From a candidate division WS6 bacterium GW2011_GWF2_39_15 (GTDB taxonomy: Bacteria > Patescibacteriota > Dojkabacteria > SC72), in assembly GCA_000993565.1 (NCBI GenBank), contig LBWK01000002.1, positions 224,800-288,799 of the forward strand: a stretch of DNA of 64,000 nucleotides, read 5' to 3'. The stretch's first letter is position 1. Each line of letters starts with the position of its first letter. Positions 57,425-64,000 of this stretch are shown in pieces. Position numbers and translations under genes: made by a program. The notes under the pieces were generated by a model, which did no database searches, was not told the origin of the DNA, and saw nothing but the letters and a program-made list of their open reading frames with translations.

Positions 57425-59764
57425 ATGAAAAAGGAGATCTATCCAATTATCGGGATGCATTGTGCCTCGTGTAAATCCTTGATTGAGGGTAGTGTCGGTG
57501 AGCTGAAGGGTGTGAAAGTTGCTCAGGTAAACTTTGCTTCTGAGAAATTAAATGTAGAGTATGACGAGAGGGTTACTTCAGTTGATGAGATCAGGAATGC
57601 GGTAGGGAGTGTTGGTAGCTACAAACTTATTGGAAATGAGCATGATAATGTGGAGGATAGCAATTCCCAAATGAGTATGCCTGGACATGATCATGCGGCG
57701 ATGCTTAAAGAGGAGGAATATAATCAGGTTAAAAGAAATGTGGTCTGGAGCGGTTTAGGTTCCCTGCCTTTTCTAGTTTTCATGATATGGATGCTGGTCT
57801 TTAAAGGAAGTCCCATGGATTTGTTTGGAGAAATATCCTTTACAGGTGGGTACTCCATATCCCTGTTTTATTTGATTCAGTTCCTTCTTGCAACCCCAAT
57901 TCTGTTCGTATCAGGAAGGAGTATTTTTCAGAGTGCTTTAACAGCTTTGAAAGTTCCTACTGCAAACATGGATACGCTTATTGCCGTTGGAACCTTTACG
58001 GCATGGTCATTCTCTTCTTTCGTTACCTTTTTCCCTTCCATTTTCTCGGGATTAAAGGATAAACCGGAGGTGTTTTTTGAGGCTTCCGTATTTATTATAT
58101 TCTTCATTCTTCTTGGCCGGTTACTTGAAGCAGGGGCTAAGGGCAAAGCGAATAGTGCTATACAGAAACTCCTCCAGCTGCAGGCTAAAGATGCCATGGT
58201 AGTGAGAGAAGGGGAAATAGTCAAGATTCCAATTTCAGAGATTGTTGAAGGCGATATAATTGTTGTAAAGCCAGGTGAAAAGATAGCTGTGGATGGAATT
58301 GTAGTCGAGGGCGAGTCTACCCTTGATGAGTCCATGATTACCGGTGAGTCTATTCCGGTTACAAAGAGAGTTGGGGATAGTGTTATAGGGAGTACACTTA
58401 ACAGGTCGGGCGTGCTGAAGTATAAAGCGGAGAAGGTTGGTTCAGAAACAATGCTTTCACAAATTGTAAAAATTGTTGAAGAAGCTCAGGCCTCTCAAGC
58501 TCCAATACAGAAATTGGCAGATAGGGTATCAAGTATTTTTGTTCCTATGGTTATCTCAATTGCGGTATTAGCCTTTCTTTTTTGGGCATTTTTGGCTCCA
58601 CAGATCGGTTTGGTTTCAAGCGACGTCAATTCTATTCAGTTAGCGATATATATTGGTACTACAATTTTGATTATTGCCTGTCCTTGCGCACTAGGTTTAG
58701 CTACCCCCACGGCAATTATGGTAGGCTCAGGAGCCGGTGCGGAAAAAGGTATTCTGTTAAAGAACGCAGAATCGTTAGAGATTGCACATAAGATTGATAC
58801 GGTTGTCTTTGATAAAACTGGAACGTTAACTGTGGGCAGGCCTGAAGTTACTGATTTTGTAACATTTAAAGAATTATCAGATGAGGAATTGGAGATGATT
58901 TTGAGTGTTGAGGATGCTTCTGAACATCCTCTTTCTACAGCCGTTACCGGATACATTAAAACCAGTTATCCTGACTCTAAAGATTTGAAAGTTGAAAAAT
59001 TCCTGAACATAGAAGGAATGGGTGTAAGTGGAATAGTTCACGATAGGCAGGTGATGGTTGGCAACTCTAAGCTGATAGAGAAGTTCAATATTAAGGTAGC
59101 GGATAAGACGGAAGAAGCGTTTAAAAAGCTCGGTAATGAAGCTAAGACGGCTGTATTCGCAGTAATAGGAAGTGAGATTGTTGCGGCTATTGGTATTGCT
59201 GATGTAGTTAAGCCCGAGTCAAAAGAGGCTATAGCCAGGCTTCATAAGCTTGGAATTAAAACTGTCATGCTCACCGGAGATAATGCGAATGTGGCAGGCA
59301 AGATAGCTACGGAGGTGGGTATTGATAAGGTTATTTCTGATGTCCTCCCTACCCAGAAAGCAGGTGTGATAGATGAGCTTAAAAGAAATGACCCAGGAAA
59401 GGTCGTTGCAATGGTTGGGGATGGGATAAATGATGCTCCGGCACTTGCCAAAGCAGATATCGGAATTGCAATGGGGACAGGCACGGATGTAGCAATTGAG
59501 TCGGGAGATATAATTCTGATTAAGGGTGATATGAACAAACTGATTGAAGCTATAGAATTGTCAAAGAGAACGATGAAGGTTATCAAACAGAACCTGTTCT
59601 GGGCATTTGGGTACAATACTGTGGGAATACCAGTTGCAGCAGGACTACTGTATCCATTTTTTTCATTACTTTTATCCCCTATTATTGCAGGAGCAGCAAT
59701 GGCATTTAGTTCGGTATCAGTTGTATTAAATAGCTTGAGATTAAGAAAGAAAGTGGCTGTTTGA
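57425..59764 (+). CDS. copA: Copper-exporting P1B-type ATPase
   Basis: [40 protein letters not shown]...MAFSS. Confidence 0.95.
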   Translation: MKKEIYPIIGMHCASCKSLIEGSVGELKGVKVAQVNFASEKLNVEYDERVTSVDEIRNAVGSVGSYKLIGNEHDNVEDSNSQMSMPGHDHAAMLKEEEYNQVKRNVVWSGLGSLPFLVFMIWMLVFKGSPMDLFGEISFTGGYSISLFYLIQFLLATPILFVSGRSIFQSALTALKVPTANMDTLIAVGTFTAWSFSSFVTFFPSIFSGLKDKPEVFFEASVFIIFFILLGRLLEAGAKGKANSAIQKLLQLQAKDAMVVREGEIVKIPISEIVEGDIIVVKPGEKIAVDGIVVEGESTLDESMITGESIPVTKRVGDSVIGSTLNRSGVLKYKAEKVGSETMLSQIVKIVEEAQASQAPIQKLADRVSSIFVPMVISIAVLAFLFWAFLAPQIGLVSSDVNSIQLAIYIGTTILIIACPCALGLATPTAIMVGSGAGAEKGILLKNAESLEIAHKIDTVVFDKTGTLTVGRPEVTDFVTFKELSDEELEMILSVEDASEHPLSTAVTGYIKTSYPDSKDLKVEKFLNIEGMGVSGIVHDRQVMVGNSKLIEKFNIKVADKTEEAFKKLGNEAKTAVFAVIGSEIVAAIGIADVVKPESKEAIARLHKLGIKTVMLTGDNANVAGKIATEVGIDKVISDVLPTQKAGVIDELKRNDPGKVVAMVGDGINDAPALAKADIGIAMGTGTDVAIESGDIILIKGDMNKLIEAIELSKRTMKVIKQNLFWAFGYNTVGIPVAAGLLYPFFSLLLSPIIAGAAMAFSSVSVVLNSLRLRKKVAV

Positions 59765-59855
59765 TTTATTAACTGGAACAATATATAGACTGAAGTATTG
59801 CAAGGTTAGGGTTTTCTAGATAATATCATAGGAGTTTAATTAACCTATATTAAAA

Positions 59856-60446
59856 ATGCTTCCATCAGACACAACTCATCGTCCACTTTCAGATATTAAT
59901 GTCTCGCGAGAGTTTTCCTCTAATACAGAAACAGCAACACCTGGAATAGAATTAGTGCGTAAATTATATGACGGTCATAAAGATTCATTTAACATTTGGG
60001 TAGGTGATCAACGCGATTTGATGGTATCCAAAGGTGGGATTAATGGGGTTGAAAGTACAGGTAATATTTTAGCAACTAAAGAGGGTGTCGTAATATTAGA
60101 TCAAGTAACAAGCGGTTTGACTGTAATTGACACGCCAATTAATGAAATTCTTACAGAATTAGAGCCAGGTTCTATATCTGCTTTAGCTGGTTTTGTGGAT
60201 GATGTCCTTAAAGAACAAGTAGAAGATCCTTCAGGTGAGTTGGCTGGCGTGAAAAGAACCCGTTCTGGAATGTTGCACTTAGGTGATCCTGAGCTTCAAT
60301 TTACCTTCCAATTAATTAGGGCCGATAAAGAAGATGATTTGAGGCTTCTTGCAAGAATTAGGGATCTTTCAGAGATAAAGGAAGTACCAGATACAAAAAG
60401 GGCACATCCTATGTCTATTCCTGAGAATCTAAAGGGAATCCTCTAA
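59856..60446 (+). CDS. Hypothetical protein
   Basis: 196 aa ORF; no motif recognised. Confidence 0.6.
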   Translation: MLPSDTTHRPLSDINVSREFSSNTETATPGIELVRKLYDGHKDSFNIWVGDQRDLMVSKGGINGVESTGNILATKEGVVILDQVTSGLTVIDTPINEILTELEPGSISALAGFVDDVLKEQVEDPSGELAGVKRTRSGMLHLGDPELQFTFQLIRADKEDDLRLLARIRDLSEIKEVPDTKRAHPMSIPENLKGIL

Positions 60447-60461
60447 GACATGAGATGAAGC

Positions 60462-60487
60462 AAAAGGAGGAGATGTCTCTCCTCCTT
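60462..60487 (-). terminator. Hairpin terminator between convergent genes
   Basis: AAGGAGGAGA / TCTCCTCCTT 10-bp stem, 4-nt loop, short U tract on the minus strand after hsp20. Confidence 0.7.
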
Positions 60488-60504
60488 GATCAGTAACTAC
60501 CTTC

Positions 60505-60951
60505 TTATTTGCTTATCTTAATCTGCCTTGCTTTCTCTTCCTCTGTCTTAGGGAGTTTTACAGTGATAACACCATCTTCCAGTTTAGCTTCAGCTTTATC
60601 AGCATCTACTTTACCTGGTAGATTGAATCTCTGTTCATATGAAGATTCCATACTCTTGTAAAGATATCTCTTTTTGCCTTCTTCTTTCTCTTCGCTCTTT
60701 GAAGAAGCAACGATCTTTAAAACTCCATCTTCGAGCGAAATCTTTACATCATCTTCCTTAATCCCTGGAAGTGCCATCTTTACAACATAGTTTCCATCTT
60801 CTTCATACATATCTGCCCAAAGATTCTTGGAAGTGGATGGAGTCATTGTAAAAAAGTCATCGAATGGGGACATAAAAAAGTCGTCAAAAACGGATCTAAA
60901 AGGTGTATAAACGACCTTTTTGCCGTCATTGTCTCTCTTTATAATCTGCAT
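60505..60951 (-). CDS. Small heat-shock protein (Hsp20)
   Basis: DMYE...ALPGI, RFNLP, AKLEDGVITVKLPK. Confidence 0.92.
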   Translation of the reverse strand: MQIIKRDNDGKKVVYTPFRSVFDDFFMSPFDDFFTMTPSTSKNLWADMYEEDGNYVVKMALPGIKEDDVKISLEDGVLKIVASSKSEEKEEGKKRYLYKSMESSYEQRFNLPGKVDADKAEAKLEDGVITVKLPKTEEEKARQIKISK

Positions 60952-60994
60952 AGTATTTAAAATATAATAAGTTAAATACAAGGATAGTTTATCC

Positions 60995-61031
60995 TTAGCA
61001 GAGTATAGTATCGAGTGCCAAACCTTGTCAA
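60995..61031 (-). promoter_or_regulatory. CIRCE-like HrcA operator overlapping the hsp20 promoter
   Basis: Minus strand TTGGCACTC-N9-CTCTGCTAA (61021-60995) vs consensus TTAGCACTC-N9-GAGTGCTAA; TTGACA (61031-61026)-18 nt-TATACT. Confidence 0.75.
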
Positions 61032-61037
61032 GGGGTC

Positions 61038-61976
61038 TTAGAAATTCATAGTATATTCAGCAATTGCATAGAAGAGGAAAAGAGATAAAAGTATTAAGCC
61101 TTCTCTTTTTGATATTTCCTTGTCACTAATGACCATGATTGCAAATATGAATATTACTACTGTAAGGACAGCTAATGCGGGTATTAATGTTACAAACCCA
61201 GACACAGTTCCTGGTCTGAGAATAGCAAGTAAACCGAGTATTGCCGTATTAAATGTGGCACTTCCTATGAAGTTTCCAGCAGCGAGCTTACTTTTTTCCG
61301 GGTCATTGCTTCTAATTAGAATTATTATTTCCGGAAGGTTAGTACCAACACTAAAAACTAATAGTCCAAGAATTATTGTCGGAATGCTTAATAGTCCTGC
61401 TAGGTCTATTGCGTAACTAACAGTGAGGTTTGATGTCACTACCAGGCCAACAATTCCCAAGACTGATTTCATTAATATAACGGGAACAGAGTGGGATTTC
61501 CTATGTGCGTGAATATCTAGCGAGTTGCTTTTCCCAAGTATGTATATTACAAATCCCGTATAGAGGGCTAAAAGAAGCAATCCTTCCAGCCACTCCAGGT
61601 TCCCGTCGACCAAAGCAATTATCTGAGCATAGATTATTCCCAGCGATAGAAGAATTTCCTTTGTACCATAAAAGCCTTTAAATGGCATGCCACCGCTCTT
61701 GATTGCACTTATTCCTATGACGACCGTGAGTAGCAGTAGGGTAGCCCCTACAAGGTTGCCGACAGAGAGGCCGGTTACATTTCCGACCGCAGAGTTTATT
61801 GCTACGAAAGTCTCAGGTAGAGATGAAGTCACAGCTAGTATTACAAATCCCACTGTAAAAGTATTCACTCTTAATTTCTTTGATACGCTTATGAAAGATG
61901 ATTCAAGCAGGTCAGCTGATTTTACAAGGAGAAATATTAATACACATAATATTAGTATTGAGGGCAGTATGTTCAT
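61038..61976 (-). CDS. Ca2+/cation antiporter (CaCA family)
   Basis: TSSLPE...GNLVG and GTNLPE...GNFIGS alpha repeats, about 10 TMs. Confidence 0.9.
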   Translation of the reverse strand: MNILPSILILCVLIFLLVKSADLLESSFISVSKKLRVNTFTVGFVILAVTSSLPETFVAINSAVGNVTGLSVGNLVGATLLLLTVVIGISAIKSGGMPFKGFYGTKEILLSLGIIYAQIIALVDGNLEWLEGLLLLALYTGFVIYILGKSNSLDIHAHRKSHSVPVILMKSVLGIVGLVVTSNLTVSYAIDLAGLLSIPTIILGLLVFSVGTNLPEIIILIRSNDPEKSKLAAGNFIGSATFNTAILGLLAILRPGTVSGFVTLIPALAVLTVVIFIFAIMVISDKEISKREGLILLSLFLFYAIAEYTMNF

Positions 61977-61980
61977 AGAT

Positions 61981-62517
61981 TCAGTTTATCATATATATCT
62001 CGGTTTCATCTATAAAGAATCTCCAAAGAAGGTCTTGTGATTCCTGCGCATATGATATTCCGATTCTTTTCGACTCATTTATCCGTTTCGGTTTAATCTT
62101 TCTGTCTTCAATCCAGATCACCTTTTGTTCATATAAAGGAAGATTATTAATTGTTCGATCCATTTTCATGTACTTAGTAAAAATTCCCGGTCCTCTCAGG
62201 TATATTTTGCTATCCAGGTCATAACCTCCTCTTATGAGTACTGCTCCGGGAAATCCTTCTTGATATGCGGTTATATTGAACATGTTATACATACCGTAAA
62301 TAAGATAAATATAGGTATGTCCCACAGTGTCAAACATAACAGAGTTTCTGGCAGTCCGCCCTTTATAGGCATGTGAGCCTTTATCTTCGTAGCCGTGATA
62401 TGCCTCGGTTTCCGTTATTGCAATGCGTTTACCGTCAAAGTGGATAATTTTCAAAAGAAGATCTTGAGCAAGTTTTACGGTATCTTTGCAATAAAAAGAT
62501 TTATCTAAAATTGTCAT
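61981..62517 (-). CDS. mpg: DNA-3-methyladenine glycosylase (AAG/Mpg family)
   Basis: ITETEAY, YIYLIYG, AVLIRG, GPG, RIGI, WRF. Confidence 0.92.
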   Translation of the reverse strand: MTILDKSFYCKDTVKLAQDLLLKIIHFDGKRIAITETEAYHGYEDKGSHAYKGRTARNSVMFDTVGHTYIYLIYGMYNMFNITAYQEGFPGAVLIRGGYDLDSKIYLRGPGIFTKYMKMDRTINNLPLYEQKVIWIEDRKIKPKRINESKRIGISYAQESQDLLWRFFIDETEIYMIN

Positions 62518-62550
62518 ACCAGATTATATAACACATGCTATAATTTAAAT

Positions 62551-63450
62551 ATGATGCTAAACAGATTAACGGATGAAGAAAAAGAAGTTATTTTGAATAA
62601 ATCCACAGAGCGTCCTTTCACAGGAGAGTATGACGATTTTTACAAAGATGGAATATACATATGCAGGCAGTGTAATCTGCCATTGTTTGAAGCAAAAGCA
62701 AAGTATGACGCTGGGTGCGGCTGGCCTTCTTTTGATGATACATATACGGGTTCAGTAAAGGAATTGGTTGACCGAGACGGAAGTCGAACGGAGATTTTAT
62801 GTAGTAGATGTGGAGGACATTTGGGACATGTGTTTAGAGGAGAAAAGTTTTCAAAAAGAGATACAAGGCATTGTGTGAACTCTTTATCAATAAAATTTGT
62901 TCCGAGAAATGAAGCAGGTAAGTATATGCATAAGACGGAAAAACTTGAAACTATCATTCTGGGTGGTGGTTGTTTCTGGTGTGTAGAAGCAGTGTTTAAT
63001 AGAGTACCCGGTGTTGTTAAGATTACATCGGGTTATGCCGGTGGTGTGACGAAGAATCCATCTTATGAGGAAGTTTCTGCCGGAGAAACTGGCCATGCGG
63101 AGGTAGTTAAAATTGAATTTGAAAAAGATATTGTTACTCTTGGAAAAATACTCGAGGTCTTTTTCCTGGCCCATGATCCTACTACGTTGAATAGGCAGGG
63201 AAATGATGTCGGTACGCAGTACAGATCAATTGTCTTATATACAAATAAAGAGCAAGTGGATACGATAAAGAAGGTGATAGAGAGAGTTGGAAGGAATTAT
63301 AAAGATCCTATTGTTACAGAGGTAAAAGGACTTAAAAAGTTTTATGAAGCCGAAGACTATCACAAACAGTTTTATGAAAAGAATAGTAGTAATTCATACT
63401 GCAGGTTTGTAATAAAACCTAAACTGGATAATATAACTAAAGAAAATTAA
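62551..63450 (+). CDS. msrAB: Bifunctional methionine sulfoxide reductase, MsrB-MsrA order
   Basis: TERPF, CRQC, GCGWPSF, HLGHVF, RHCVNS; GGGCFWC, GYAGG, HDPTT, YHKQF. Confidence 0.93.
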   Translation: MMLNRLTDEEKEVILNKSTERPFTGEYDDFYKDGIYICRQCNLPLFEAKAKYDAGCGWPSFDDTYTGSVKELVDRDGSRTEILCSRCGGHLGHVFRGEKFSKRDTRHCVNSLSIKFVPRNEAGKYMHKTEKLETIILGGGCFWCVEAVFNRVPGVVKITSGYAGGVTKNPSYEEVSAGETGHAEVVKIEFEKDIVTLGKILEVFFLAHDPTTLNRQGNDVGTQYRSIVLYTNKEQVDTIKKVIERVGRNYKDPIVTEVKGLKKFYEAEDYHKQFYEKNSSNSYCRFVIKPKLDNITKEN

Positions 63451-63814
63451 ATAGTTGTAGGTTTCCCTCCTTTGGCTGTGCCTGTATGGAAATATTATCA
63501 TTTGTTTCTGCCGGTTTTATTTGAACATTCACATACTGACCGGCTTGTAACTCGTCACTAAAAATTATTACTCTTGACTCATCTGGTAAAGTAATTGCGA
63601 GATTCTGAATATGTAGTGTTATCTCTGAAGGACCTCCTCTATGTGCGAGGAGGAGATCTGATGAACCTAACTCCTTATTGTGGCTCCATATGGTTTGGTT
63701 ATTGATTTGTATTACAGTAGGGTTTATTTTACCAAATAACTCATTAAGAAGGCTTACTGTCACTTTCGCTTCCAGTTCTTTGCGAACTCCATTGAACTCT
63801 ATTGGGTAAGTCAT
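63437..63814 (-). CDS. Hypothetical protein
   Basis: 125 aa ORF after the DEAD-box gene. Confidence 0.5.
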   Translation of the reverse strand: MTYPIEFNGVRKELEAKVTVSLLNELFGKINPTVIQINNQTIWSHNKELGSSDLLLAHRGGPSEITLHIQNLAITLPDESRVIIFSDELQAGQYVNVQIKPAETNDNISIQAQPKEGNLQLFNFL

Positions 63815-63833
63815 AATTAATAACTATCAGAAA

Positions 63834-64000
63834 TTAGTACCTCTTCTCGACAAATGTTAGGGCTACACCTTTTTTATCTGCTCTACCAGTTCTCCCGATT
63901 CTATGAACATAGTCGTCATAAGTCATTGGCTGATCATAGTTTATTACATGAGAGATTCCGGATATATCTAAACCTCTTGCTGCAACATCTGTTGCTATAA
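63834..64000 (-). CDS. C-terminal part of a DEAD-box RNA helicase (truncated by window edge)
   Basis: Hand translation: [54 protein letters not shown]. Confidence 0.92.
   Translation of the reverse strand, partial: IATDVAARGLDISGISHVINYDQPMTYDDYVHRIGRTGRADKKGVALTFVEKRY

Noticed and set aside
59242-59781. 179-aa antisense ORF over copA
   Set aside because: Typical antisense shadow of a conserved P-type ATPase.
55086-60500. tRNA-Lys as integration site of a copper-resistance island
   Set aside because: No integrase or transposase, and I found no convincing duplicate of the tRNA 3' end by eye.
1-64000. Alternative genetic code (UGA read as Gly or Trp) as in some reduced genomes
   Set aside because: Conserved genes are full length under code 11, and TGA ends several of them at expected positions (sortase, csoR, copA).

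Overview
AT-rich, compact bacterial chromosome segment, standard genetic code. Gene content and style (few Shine-Dalgarno sites, minimal TruB, DsbA-VKOR, many ORFans, giant membrane-anchored surface proteins, no outer-membrane genes) suggest a Patescibacteria/CPR genome; this is inferred, not proven. Left 14 kb: a cell-surface locus. A reverse-strand operon (small membrane protein, a sortase-fold protein lacking the catalytic His/Cys, a processive GT2 synthase, and a truncated gene) lies divergent from two giant surface proteins with related signal peptides and upstream DNA, followed by an intact sortase. The second giant protein has an internal LPNTG-TM-basic sorting signal that runs into a second signal peptide, suggesting a self-splitting polyprotein. 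Middle: pyrD, truB, an NHL surface protein, a RecD-like helicase, DsbA-VKOR, and a ~17 kb glycan cluster (WbpB/D/E/I-like, two GT-C proteins, Wzx, GT4s, gmd), then an M23 peptidase, secA, more glycosyltransferases and recO. Right end: tRNA-Lys(CTT), a CsoR/CopA copper operon, CIRCE-controlled Hsp20, a CaCA antiporter, mpg, msrBA and a partial DEAD-box helicase. Window-wide patterns: a recurring (E/Q)-V-x-G peptide motif in linkers of exported proteins, and at least 11 genes with a -10 hexamer 5-7 nt before the start codon (leaderless mRNAs). No CRISPR array, rRNA, integrase, transposase or reverse transcriptase was seen. All assignments come from motif reading by eye; no database searches were run.
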